64,000 nt of DNA from Thermoplasmatota archaeon (GTDB lineage Archaea; Thermoplasmatota; E2; JACPAO01; JAHFTW01): assembly GCA_041601615.1 (NCBI GenBank), contig JBFIHX010000006.1:1-64000 (forward strand), given 5' to 3'. Each line of letters opens with the position of its first letter. Positions within the stretch are counted from its first letter, which is position 1. Position numbers and translations under genes: made by a program. The notes beneath the pieces were generated by a model. That model saw only the letters and a list, made by a program, of their open reading frames with translations. It did not search any database and was not told the origin of the DNA. This document shows positions 39,929 to 49,382 of the stretch, one piece after another.

Positions 39929-41431
39929 GTGGCCAAAGGGCACATGGCATGGATTGTGCTCCTCATCGCCGCCGCCGTGACGGCCGCCGGCCAAAGCCCC
40001 GCACCCGAATTCTTACCCGAACGAAGCAGCGAATGCTACGACTGCCACGCCAGCGACGCCGTGCCCCTACGCACGTTCTACCTCGTCGTCCCCGAACCAA
40101 GCGACTCCACAAACGGCCCATTCGAATTCCAAGTGCAAATCCAAAACGCTTGGCTGCACGACCAACGCTACCTCGGCCCCGTCCTGGACCTCTCCAACGC
40201 CCCCAGCCTGAAATTCTTCGACGGCCGCGAACCCGTCACCAGCCGCGCCGACGGACGCATCGACTTGACCCCGCGCCCACCTGGACCGCCGCAACTACCC
40301 AGCATCCTGCCGGACCTCGAACCAACCCAGGGCCCCTACAGCGGCAACGTCACCCTCCAAGTTCCCTCCGGAGCCACCCGTGCCGCCGTGCAGATGACCC
40401 AAACCAACAACGTAGGCAACCCCACCATCACCTGGAGCTTGTTTACCGGCCGCAACAGCGCCGAAGGCGAACCCGACCGCGTCACCACAAGCCAGGGCGA
40501 AACCGCCGAATTCTTGCTGGCAACCCCCGACGACTTTGCCGGCATCTCCTACGGCAACTGGACCATCCAAGCCCAAGTACAACTGGACACCGACATCAAC
40601 CCCGCCGCAGGAGAACTCACCTTCCGCGTGGACCTCGAAGCCGACTTTGCCAGCGGTGATAGCCGGACCGCACGACTCGGCCGCCAACTTCAGCTCGGAC
40701 CCGGACAAAGCACCCTCTTTACTTGGACCCTGCAACCGGTAGCCACCGCAGGACCCGGAGAAAACGCCCGCCTCGACGTGGAAGGCGCCGCGTATTACGC
40801 ACATGAAACCGCCCAAGGACCCGACAGCGACTGGGCCTACACCACCAAAGGACTGGAACTTGCCGTCGAACCCACCGCAAGCGGCGGCGTACGCATCGGC
40901 CCCGACGCCGACTCCATCCTCGTCGTCGTCCCCAGCAGCTCCCAAGGCATCTCCCTCCCTCCCCTGCTCGAGGCAATTGGCTACCTCAGCACCTTCCTCA
41001 TCGTCGCGAGCATCTACAGTGGCGGCATCTTCGGCCGCCCCAGCCGCCGACACCTCAATCACCTCTTTGGTACCGCCCGTCGTCGCGTCGCCTTCCACAA
41101 CGTCCTCAGCTACGCCCTCACCCTCGCAGCACTCGTCCATACCGTCCTATTCATCTACGACGGCCTCACAGGCGGCCTCTTCCACTGGACCCTAGGCCTC
41201 ATCTGGGGCGGCGTGGCAATTCTTGCCATGTTCGCACTCGGCGTCACCGGGGCCCTCCAAGTGCACATCATTCGACGCTGGAACTACGCCACCTGGCGCT
41301 GGACACACCTCGGACTCGCCATCATCACCATGGTGTTCACCGTCCTGCACTTGCTGCTCGACGGCGTCCACTTTGCCGCCGTGCAAGAATGGCTCGGATA
41401 CAGCAACCCACTCGACCCACGCACCCAGTGA
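39929..41431 (+). CDS. Exported CxxCH (heme c) domain fused to C-terminal ferric-reductase-like heme b TM domain
   Basis: Signal peptide, CYDCH at 40034-40048; four TM helices with AFHN, LVHT, WTHL, VLHL. Confidence 0.7.
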   Translation: MAKGHMAWIVLLIAAAVTAAGQSPAPEFLPERSSECYDCHASDAVPLRTFYLVVPEPSDSTNGPFEFQVQIQNAWLHDQRYLGPVLDLSNAPSLKFFDGREPVTSRADGRIDLTPRPPGPPQLPSILPDLEPTQGPYSGNVTLQVPSGATRAAVQMTQTNNVGNPTITWSLFTGRNSAEGEPDRVTTSQGETAEFLLATPDDFAGISYGNWTIQAQVQLDTDINPAAGELTFRVDLEADFASGDSRTARLGRQLQLGPGQSTLFTWTLQPVATAGPGENARLDVEGAAYYAHETAQGPDSDWAYTTKGLELAVEPTASGGVRIGPDADSILVVVPSSSQGISLPPLLEAIGYLSTFLIVASIYSGGIFGRPSRRHLNHLFGTARRRVAFHNVLSYALTLAALVHTVLFIYDGLTGGLFHWTLGLIWGGVAILAMFALGVTGALQVHIIRRWNYATWRWTHLGLAIITMVFTVLHLLLDGVHFAAVQEWLGYSNPLDPRTQ

Positions 41432-41485
41432 AACGAGCCAACTTGCTGCGACAATCGTTATCTCAATGCCCCGAGTCGTAGTCGC

Positions 41486-42844
41486 ATGAACGCCCGCGCC
41501 CTCTTGGTCGCTCTCGTGTTGTCCACCCTGACGCTTGCCGGTTGCACCGAAGCCGGCGACGGAGTCACCAACTTCGAATGCCGCACCCGCACCATCAACC
41601 TCGAAGTCGGCGTTGCCACCAACGGCAACCACAACGTCTACACCCTCAACGACGGCGCCACGCAAATGCCGGTCGTCGCCATGGGCTTCCAACCCATCGG
41701 AGGCAAACTCGAATTCCCCAACACGCAGATCCGCGTCAACGAATGCGACACCGTGGAAATCACGGTCCAAAACAACAACCCCTTGCCGCACACGTTCCAC
41801 TTGCACGGCGGCATCGTCGACTGGAAAGAAGACGGCGTCCCCTTCATCAGCCAACTTCCCATCCACCAAGGCGAAGAACGCACCTACACCTTCAAGGACA
41901 TGAAGGCCGGCACCTACTGGTACCACTGCCACGTCGACGTCGCCCACCACATTGATCTGGGCATGTACGGTGCCTTCATCGTCGAGGAGCAAAAACCCTC
42001 CTTCGACTACGACTTTGACTTGCCCGAGCACGTCCTGATGCTCGACGAATGGGACAACTGCCACGTCCACGGCAGCGTCCAAGAACAACAAACCGTCCGC
42101 GAAAACAACGGCGGCATCACATTCGAAGGCGACTGCCAAGAACGCAAATTCCAGGACACCTACTCCCAAGGCGGACTCACCTCCGGCGCCAGACAAAGTG
42201 TCTGTGACACGGCGGGCTTACCACAGGAGGTGTACGACACCTTCGACTGCATGAACCACGCAGCACCCCCGCCCGGCACCACCCCCCGCAGTTGGTACCC
42301 CATGACGTTTCCGGTCTACGCCCCTGAGTACAACACCTACACCATCAACGGCAAAGCGTTCCCCGACACCGCCCCCATCACCCTCGAAGAAGGCAAAACC
42401 TACCGCTGGCGCCTCATCAACGTGGGCGAAGAAATGCACTCCATGCACATCCATGGCCACAACTTCCTCGTCACCCACCGCGACGGCTACGAACTACCCA
42501 ACCCGTTCCGCGTCGACACCCTCGGCATCATGCCCGGCGAACGCTACGACGTACTGATGGAAGCCAACAACCCCGGCCTCTGGGTGTTCCATGACCACGT
42601 GGGCCTCAGCGACATGAACGACCACCAAAGCCCCGGCGGCATGCTCACCGTGCTCGCCTACAAGGGCGCCATGGAGCAAGAAATCGGCTACGACGCCAGC
42701 GCCATCAAGAAGGCCGGCGACTACATCTGGATCGGCCGCGACTACCACATGGAACACAGCGGCGAACACGGACACACCCTGACGAACCGGGCCCACCAAT
42801 CGGAGAATCTCGTGGTAGGGTCGGATCGGGTGTACAACGCCTAG
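41486..42844 (+). CDS. Two-domain multicopper oxidase, lipoprotein
   Basis: LAGC lipobox; HTFHLHG, WYHCH...H....M, HSMHIHGH, WVFHDH. Confidence 0.9.
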   Translation: MNARALLVALVLSTLTLAGCTEAGDGVTNFECRTRTINLEVGVATNGNHNVYTLNDGATQMPVVAMGFQPIGGKLEFPNTQIRVNECDTVEITVQNNNPLPHTFHLHGGIVDWKEDGVPFISQLPIHQGEERTYTFKDMKAGTYWYHCHVDVAHHIDLGMYGAFIVEEQKPSFDYDFDLPEHVLMLDEWDNCHVHGSVQEQQTVRENNGGITFEGDCQERKFQDTYSQGGLTSGARQSVCDTAGLPQEVYDTFDCMNHAAPPPGTTPRSWYPMTFPVYAPEYNTYTINGKAFPDTAPITLEEGKTYRWRLINVGEEMHSMHIHGHNFLVTHRDGYELPNPFRVDTLGIMPGERYDVLMEANNPGLWVFHDHVGLSDMNDHQSPGGMLTVLAYKGAMEQEIGYDASAIKKAGDYIWIGRDYHMEHSGEHGHTLTNRAHQSENLVVGSDRVYNA

Positions 42845-42900
42845 TCCCGCCACCCACACAAAACGCGAAACTGTGAACCTCGGACTCCGTCGCTGCTCCC

Positions 42901-43554
42901 GTGTACGACCTCCCGTATCACAAGGAGCGCGACGTAGCCGTCGTCCAGAAATTCATCGACGAGCACCCGTTTGCACTTCTGACGGGCTGTGACGCCGAGG
43001 GCCGCCCGGTGGCCACCCAAGTGCCGATGTTCCTTCGCAAGCAAGACGGCCGAACCGTGCTTCGCGGCCACATCATGCGCGGCACGGACCACCACCACCA
43101 CCACGCCTTCGAGCACAACGCCAACGTTCTAGCGGTGTTCACGGGCAGCCACATCTACGTTAGCGGCAGTTGGTACAGCAACCCACACACGCCCTCCACA
43201 TGGAACTACATGAGTGTCCATGTTCGAGGGACCTTTCGTGTCCTGGACGGCGCCGCGCTCGTGGAGGTGCTTCGAGACACGAGCCTGCATTTCGAGGGCC
43301 AAGACGCCGCGTCCGCGACGGTCTACGACAACCTGCCCGCGTCGCTCACCGACCGGCTCGTCAAGGCAATCGTCGCCTTCGAAATCGAGGTCACGCACCT
43401 TGATACGGTGTTCAAGTTGAGCCAAGACCGAGACCAGGAAAGCTACGACACCATCATCGAGAACCTCAAAGGGCAAGGAGAAAACGGCCGAAACATTGCA
43501 GCAGCGATGGAGCAGAGAAAGAGCGAAGTTTTTCCTGAAATCGGTCAAGAATAA
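42901..43554 (+). CDS. PaiB-like FMN-binding protein
   Basis: FIDEHPFALL, YVSGSWY, TWNYMSVHVRG, FKLSQDR. Confidence 0.9.
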   Translation: MYDLPYHKERDVAVVQKFIDEHPFALLTGCDAEGRPVATQVPMFLRKQDGRTVLRGHIMRGTDHHHHHAFEHNANVLAVFTGSHIYVSGSWYSNPHTPSTWNYMSVHVRGTFRVLDGAALVEVLRDTSLHFEGQDAASATVYDNLPASLTDRLVKAIVAFEIEVTHLDTVFKLSQDRDQESYDTIIENLKGQGENGRNIAAAMEQRKSEVFPEIGQE

Positions 43555-43657
43555 GTGCATTAAATGCGCCGATGGGCCGAAGTTTCCTGGAGCCGACATG
43601 ATTTAACATGGGACCCCCATGGGCATCTGGGTCCAACGGGGCCCGGAGGAAATCAGT

Positions 43658-43963
43658 ATGACCAAACTCACTATTCTCTACGGCCACCCTACCGACGTCG
43701 ACGCCTTCGAGGACTACTACCTCGGCACGCACATGCCGATTGCGGGCAAAATGAACGGCGTGGACCGCCTCGAATTGACCCGATTTGGCGCCGGACCCGA
43801 CGGCAGCGCTCCGGCATACCACCGCATGGCCGAAATCTACTTTTCCGACGCCAAGCAGATGCAGGAAACCCTCGGCTCGGCCGAAGGCCAAGCAGCCGTA
43901 GCGGATCTTCCCAACTTTGCCTCCGGCGGAGTCACGATGCTCGCCGGCGCCGTGCACAACTAG
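43658..43963 (+). CDS. EthD-family protein
   Basis: LYGHPTDVDAFEDYY..THMP; SAEGQAAVADLPNF; GGAGG SD. Confidence 0.9.
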   Translation: MTKLTILYGHPTDVDAFEDYYLGTHMPIAGKMNGVDRLELTRFGAGPDGSAPAYHRMAEIYFSDAKQMQETLGSAEGQAAVADLPNFASGGVTMLAGAVHN

Positions 43964-44063
43964 GAGGTGCGCCGTTTGCGTCCATTGGATGTGGGGGGCA
44001 AATCGACTTGGTTGTCCTGACCACTCCAAAACCTCTATCCCCTTCCTCCCCCGCTCCTCCTCT

Positions 44064-44222
44064 ATGGCAGACCTCACTTGGGGCGACGTGGTCTTGGTTG
44101 GCGCCGTCGCCACCGTGGGATTTACGCTCCTGAGTTACTGGTGGAGTGGCGTCATGGCGCGCAAGGGCTGGAGCTGGCAAGTCAAAGCCAAGCCTACGAA
44201 GCGCAAAACCGGACCTCAGTAG
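44064..44222 (+). CDS. Small single-TM protein (52 aa)
   Basis: MADLTWGDVVLVGAVATVGFTLLSYWW plus basic tail. Confidence 0.45.
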   Translation: MADLTWGDVVLVGAVATVGFTLLSYWWSGVMARKGWSWQVKAKPTKRKTGPQ

Positions 44223-44863
44223 CGGCGAGGTGATTCGAGTGCGGCGAGGGCCGCTTCCAGCACGGCCTCGGGAGCGCCCGCTGCATCCACAACGCGCACG
44301 GTGTCCGGTTCCGCCGCCGCCAGCCCAAGGTATGCTTGCCGAACGGCCTCCAAAAACTCGACTTTCTCAAAGGGATCGGTCGCCCCGCGTGCCTCCGCTC
44401 GGGCCACCGCAGTCGCGGCAGGAAGATCCAGAAGCAGGACGCAGTCGGGGCGGAGTTCGACGTGCTCGTGCAAATTCTTGAGCCACGCCATTGGATTCTG
44501 CATGCGATCTGCAAGGGTCACGGACTGGTAGGCAAGTGTCGAATGCCAGTAGCGATCGCAGACCACGGTTTGCCCGGCCGCGAGGCGCCGCTCTAGTTCT
44601 TTGGCGTGCTCGATGCGGTCTGCCACGAACAAGAGGGTGGTTCCGACAGGGTCGTGGCGGCCTTCAATGGCGGCGCGCACGGCTTGGCCGGCGGCAGTAT
44701 CCGTGGGCTCCATGGTCTCATGCACGTCCACGCCCTCGGCCCGCAACTGCTCGGCGACGCGCTTGCTCACGGTGGACTTGCCGCTGCCGTCGATGCCCTC
44801 GAAGACGATGAACCGGCCACGCACGAAACGGGCAGGCGGAGGGCCCGGGAAAACCGATTGCAT
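44216..44863 (-). CDS. tmk: Thymidylate kinase
   Basis: FEGIDGSGKST, LFVADR, CDRYWHSTLAYQ. Confidence 0.95.
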   Translation of the reverse strand: MQSVFPGPPPARFVRGRFIVFEGIDGSGKSTVSKRVAEQLRAEGVDVHETMEPTDTAAGQAVRAAIEGRHDPVGTTLLFVADRIEHAKELERRLAAGQTVVCDRYWHSTLAYQSVTLADRMQNPMAWLKNLHEHVELRPDCVLLLDLPAATAVARAEARGATDPFEKVEFLEAVRQAYLGLAAAEPDTVRVVDAAGAPEAVLEAALAALESPRRY

Positions 44864-44885
44864 CCGTGGACGCCGGCGCCCAGGC

Positions 44886-46391
44886 TCAACCGCCGCCACT
44901 CACGACACGCTCGCCTTCGAACAAGGAAATGCCCGAGAGGTGCCCCACGTACGCAAGGTGGCCATTGCCCTCGCCGTAGTTGCCGGGTTCGGTGTCGCAA
45001 TCGCCCTGGCCCGTGTACCGCGCCAATTCGTCGGGCAAACAGGCGTCTATGAAGGCACCCCAGAAGCTGCCGTCGGGAGCGATGCTGGCGTCGAGGAATT
45101 CACGAATGTAGCCGCAGCGGATGTTGCGACAGTCGCCTCGGTAGACATGGTCGCCCTCCGGGTTGACTTTGACATGCAGCACCGTGGCGGGGCCGCCGTT
45201 GGTGGCGTCAAGGCTCACGGCCATGTAGGCGTCCCAGACCACGTTGTCCCATGTGCCATTTTCTGGTTTGTCGGTCGTGGCTAGGTACACGAAGCCAATC
45301 CGGCCGTCGTCACCTGCGGTGATGCTGACATGGTTGGCATAGGTGAAGCTCGGGTGGCTGATGCTCATGGGCGTGTCCCAGCCCCAACTGCTTCCGGCAC
45401 CGCTCTGGCCCACCGCCATCCACACGGCTTGGTCCTCCATCGTTGGCCCCATCCAAGTGTAGTATAGGTTGCCGGCAGCATCGAACGCCATGTTGGGATC
45501 GCCAGAAGTGGCGCGCACGGCACCTTCGGCAATTTCCAGGAGTTCCCAGGTCAAACCATCGTCAATGCTGCGAGCAACGTAGGGCCGCCCGCAGTACTCA
45601 CGCGGCAAATACACGGCTCCGTCGGGACCCACAAGCGCGTGACCATGAATGCCACCACAAACCATGCCCGTGGCAGGGTCGACGCCGGGGTAGACGAGGT
45701 GAAACGTTGCAAGCGTCAAGCCGCCGTCAAGACTTCGAGCACAATGGGAGTCCGCAATTTGATTGACGCAGACATACACCATGTTCGGGTACAATCCTTC
45801 ACTCGGCAGCGGGGTCACGCGGGGCGGGCCGGCCGCGATGGTTTGATGGTCCACCACGAGGCTGCCACACCCTTTGGCATTGGAAGTCCAGGAATCGCCC
45901 GAGTCGTCGCTGAAAACCAGCCAGTTGCACACGAGGTCGTAGAGTTCAATCTGGAACAAGCGGTCGGTCCACGGGTCCGTCACCACCATGGGGTCGCCGC
46001 TTCGAGGCGGCTCTCGGTCGCCCGTGGGTAGCCTCGGGCTCACGTCGGTCCAAGTCTTGCCGCCGTCGTCGCTGCGCATGACCGGAGTTTGCGTGGAGGA
46101 AACGGGCGGCGTGTTGCCCCCGGAGTAATCGCGGGCAGCGTAGTACAGGACCCCTTCGGAGTCCACGGCCACAGTCGGTTCGCGACCATCGCGACCATCC
46201 ACAGAGAGCCACGCCCACGTCGGCATGGGGCCATTCCATGCTGTCGAGTCGAGCACTTCGTCACCGCGAGAAAGCAAGAACGCGGATGGCTCGGGGCTCG
46301 GAGGATTCGGGTCGTCACCGGGCGTGTCTGCGTTGGACAGACAACCAGCCACGGCGAGGCTCACAAGCAACAAGACGGGGGCAATGCGCAT
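44886..46391 (-). CDS. BNR/Asp-box (sialidase-fold) lipoprotein
   Basis: VAGC lipobox; SDDGGKTW, SDDSGDSW, SLDGGLT, SIDDGLTW. Confidence 0.85.
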   Translation of the reverse strand: MRIAPVLLLVSLAVAGCLSNADTPGDDPNPPSPEPSAFLLSRGDEVLDSTAWNGPMPTWAWLSVDGRDGREPTVAVDSEGVLYYAARDYSGGNTPPVSSTQTPVMRSDDGGKTWTDVSPRLPTGDREPPRSGDPMVVTDPWTDRLFQIELYDLVCNWLVFSDDSGDSWTSNAKGCGSLVVDHQTIAAGPPRVTPLPSEGLYPNMVYVCVNQIADSHCARSLDGGLTLATFHLVYPGVDPATGMVCGGIHGHALVGPDGAVYLPREYCGRPYVARSIDDGLTWELLEIAEGAVRATSGDPNMAFDAAGNLYYTWMGPTMEDQAVWMAVGQSGAGSSWGWDTPMSISHPSFTYANHVSITAGDDGRIGFVYLATTDKPENGTWDNVVWDAYMAVSLDATNGGPATVLHVKVNPEGDHVYRGDCRNIRCGYIREFLDASIAPDGSFWGAFIDACLPDELARYTGQGDCDTEPGNYGEGNGHLAYVGHLSGISLFEGERVVSGGG

Positions 46392-46417
46392 CGACCACGC
46401 AGTGCCGCACCGGGGTC

Positions 46418-46765
46418 TTATGCCTTCTTCGCCCTGTACCCCTTGTGTGCCTCGCAGTATTTGCTGCCAGAGCGAGGCAATTTTTTGCATTGGCTGCCCG
46501 CCTGCGTCAACGCCGCGCACTGCGCCTTGGCCCCCATCACCTTGATGGCCGCCGGGCGATTGCGAATGGCGCCCTTGCCGCCGGGAGCTTCCTTAGCACG
46601 GGCGCGGACCTTCTTCATCTCGCGGGCCTTCTTGAGGTTCTCCAGCACCGTCTTTGCCCTGCCCTTGGGTCGGTAGCCCTTGTGCGTGACGCAGTACTTG
46701 CTGCCTTCCTTCGAGTGGCTCTTGCATTTGGTACCGTCTTCCTTGAGGGCAGCGCACTGGACCAT
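46418..46765 (-). CDS. Small basic protein with two CCCH zinc-finger repeats (DUF5763-like)
   Basis: QCAALKEDGTKCKSHSKEGSKYCVTHKGYR and QCAALTQAGSQCKKLPRSGSKYCEAHKGYR. Confidence 0.85.
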   Translation of the reverse strand: MVQCAALKEDGTKCKSHSKEGSKYCVTHKGYRPKGRAKTVLENLKKAREMKKVRARAKEAPGGKGAIRNRPAAIKVMGAKAQCAALTQAGSQCKKLPRSGSKYCEAHKGYRAKKA

Positions 46766-46817
46766 GGCTCCAGCATCAAGCACGTTCGATAAATGCACAC
46801 TGATTCTGCGCCAAGCT

Positions 46818-47276
46818 ATGCCGGGACTGTGGTACGAAGAGTTTGAGCCGGGCGCAGCCATCGAACACGGTGCCGCCCTTGCCGTCACCCAGGAGGACAA
46901 TGCCGCCTTCTGCCACCTCACGCACAACACCCAACCGCTGCACTTGGACCGAGACGCCGCCGTCGCCGCCGGATTCCGCGACATCCTCGTCAACGGCCTC
47001 TACACCTTCAGCGCCTCCGTCGGCATGAGCGTTGGCGACCTCACTGAAGGCACCCTCGTGGCAAACCTCGGCTACGAAGACATACGCCACCCGACCCCCG
47101 TGTACCCCGGCGACGTGCTGCGCGTCCGCTCCAAGGTCCTCGACAAACGCGCAAGCAGCAAACCCGGCCGAGGCATCGTCAGCGTCGCACACGAAGTCAC
47201 AAACCAAGACGGCGTCATCGTGTGCCAATACCGAAGAACCGCGATGGTGCGCACCCGACCGGAGGCACCCGCATGA
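46818..47276 (+). CDS. MaoC-family dehydratase
   Basis: WYEEF, THNTQPLHLD, VANLG, PVYPGD. Confidence 0.92.
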   Translation: MPGLWYEEFEPGAAIEHGAALAVTQEDNAAFCHLTHNTQPLHLDRDAAVAAGFRDILVNGLYTFSASVGMSVGDLTEGTLVANLGYEDIRHPTPVYPGDVLRVRSKVLDKRASSKPGRGIVSVAHEVTNQDGVIVCQYRRTAMVRTRPEAPA

Positions 47277-48118
47277 ACAGCCCGGCTCGCTGGCGCAGCG
47301 TCCTGTTCACCCCCGGCACCCGAGGCGACCGCATCCAAAAAGCCCTCCACACAGGTGCTGCCGACGTCATCGTAGCCGACTTGGAAGACGCCGTGGCCCC
47401 CGACCAAAAAGAACAGGCCCGCGACGAAGTCCGCACCGCACTCGACGCCGTCCCCGCAAGCGCGGCCCAACGCGCCGTTCGCATCAACCCATGGCCCAGC
47501 CGCACCGCCGAGGACGACCTCGACGCCATCCTAGACACCAACCCCGACCTTCTGGTGATTCCCAAAGCAGAATCACCCGACGATATTCGCGCCCTCGACG
47601 CCCGACTCGGCAACCACCCCGCACGGCTTCTGCTGATCTTGGAAACCGCCGAAGGAGTGCTGAACGCCCGCAAACTGGCCCGCGCCACCGACCGAGTCGC
47701 CGCCCTCGCATTTGGCGCCGAAGACCTAGCCGCCGACGCCGGCATGCGACGAAGCCCTAGCAATTCAGAAGTCGCCGTACCCCGCGCCCTCGTCGCCCTC
47801 GCCGCAGCCGCAGCCGGCATCGCAGCCATCGACATGATCACCGCCGACTTTCGAGACACAGACCGAGCCACTCGAGAAGCAACGGAAGCCCGAGCGCTTG
47901 GATACAAGGGCAAAATGTGCCTGCACCCCACCCAAGTTACGGCCACGCACGCAGCATTCGCCCCGACCCAGGAGGAAATTGCCTGGGCCCAACGCGTGGT
48001 ACACGCCGCAGACGAAGCAGGCTCAGAAGCCGGCGGCGTCCTGGTCGTAGACGGCGCCATGGTGGACGTTCCCCTGATTCGCCAAGCCCGCGCAATTCTA
48101 GCAGAATCCAACGCCTGA
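47273..48118 (+). CDS. CitE/malyl-CoA lyase-like (HpcH/HpaI family)
   Basis: RSVLFTPG, DLEDAVAP, FGAEDL, GKMCLHP, DGAMVD. Confidence 0.92.
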   Translation: MNSPARWRSVLFTPGTRGDRIQKALHTGAADVIVADLEDAVAPDQKEQARDEVRTALDAVPASAAQRAVRINPWPSRTAEDDLDAILDTNPDLLVIPKAESPDDIRALDARLGNHPARLLLILETAEGVLNARKLARATDRVAALAFGAEDLAADAGMRRSPSNSEVAVPRALVALAAAAAGIAAIDMITADFRDTDRATREATEARALGYKGKMCLHPTQVTATHAAFAPTQEEIAWAQRVVHAADEAGSEAGGVLVVDGAMVDVPLIRQARAILAESNA

Positions 48119-48225
48119 TCCACCATCGGCCACGCCCAAATCTAGCTACGTTGGGCCCATTCGGAAGGGTCGCATCAAACTGTCCTACAACAATGTCCAA
48201 AACCCCCATGGGCCCTGGCTTCTTG

Positions 48226-49323
48226 ATGCGTGCCATCGGAATCCGGGTCAGCGGGCTCGTCACACTGCTGTTGACCGTCGCCCTAGCAGGATGCAGCGAC
48301 GAAGCCCCGCAAGCACTCGACACAGAACTACCCGACGACGCAGTCGTCTCCGAAGATGGCCGCGACCTACGCACCGACCTCCTAGCCACAGACGCCGCAC
48401 CAGGCCCCGACTGGGCAGTGGGCGACTGGTTTGGGCACCACATCTTCTTTGGCGAAGAAGACACCGAAGGAACGCACATCAACGTCGTCGTCACCGAAGA
48501 CCGAGGCAACGACTGGTACCTCGTGAGCGAAGACACCGAGATTGGCATGTACGAAGCAATTTTCGACGTCCCCATCACCGGCACCCTCTCCAAAAAGGAC
48601 CTCGACACCACCGCATTTGGCGGCCTCTGGCAAGTTTACGATTTCCCGATGAGCCACAACAAAACCTGGACGGGCACCATGACCTTCGACGTGGACTGGA
48701 CGTTCGACCTCACCTTCACCGCAACCTACCAAGACTCCTTCCAAACCACCGCCGGCAACCGCCCCGGCTTCGTGGTAATCGGCGTCGACAGCAGCGGCCG
48801 CACCGTGGTGGAAACCGACTACGTCCCGGCCATTGGCTGGTACACCCAATTCGTCGCCTACGACGTGGAACCACCAGAGCCCGAAGTGGTCTTTCGCAGC
48901 ATCAGCATGGGCACCGGGCACAACTGGACCGGCGAGTACACCGATTACACCGCCAGCGACCTTCTGAACACCTACAAGGACTTCTTCCCCGACCCCAGCG
49001 CCGACCCGCCCGTACACGCAGAAGCCATCGCCGTCAGTGAATCCACCTCGCTTATTGCGGGAATCATGTATTCCTACGCCGCCGCCGGAATCACCGAACT
49101 GCGCCTGTTTGACCCCGAAAATCAGGTCGCCATAAGCCAATCAGGCACGCACATTCCACCCCCCAACCCCGACCCCAGCAGCTGGGGCGGAGTCGGAAAC
49201 GGCGATCTGTACGTCCTCAATGCCATCCCTGGAGACTGGCATCTTCTCTGGGTCGGCGCCGCCGTCGCCACCGGATTCGGTGCCCAACTCTGGGCATTGG
49301 AAGCAACAACTGGCTCCCTCTGA
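48226..49323 (+). CDS. Hypothetical acidic lipoprotein
   Basis: VALAGC lipobox; PDWAVGDWF; YVPAIGWY. Confidence 0.75.
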   Translation: MRAIGIRVSGLVTLLLTVALAGCSDEAPQALDTELPDDAVVSEDGRDLRTDLLATDAAPGPDWAVGDWFGHHIFFGEEDTEGTHINVVVTEDRGNDWYLVSEDTEIGMYEAIFDVPITGTLSKKDLDTTAFGGLWQVYDFPMSHNKTWTGTMTFDVDWTFDLTFTATYQDSFQTTAGNRPGFVVIGVDSSGRTVVETDYVPAIGWYTQFVAYDVEPPEPEVVFRSISMGTGHNWTGEYTDYTASDLLNTYKDFFPDPSADPPVHAEAIAVSESTSLIAGIMYSYAAAGITELRLFDPENQVAISQSGTHIPPPNPDPSSWGGVGNGDLYVLNAIPGDWHLLWVGAAVATGFGAQLWALEATTGSL

Positions 49324-49382
49324 CGTTGACCCGTTCGGGTGTTGGTCCACCCTTTTATAACCAAGAGGTTCAGATTGGCAGC

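Noticed and set aside
41486-42844. Copper nitrite reductase NirK
   Set aside because: All four HxH motifs for a trinuclear cluster are present, which fits a two-domain MCO better
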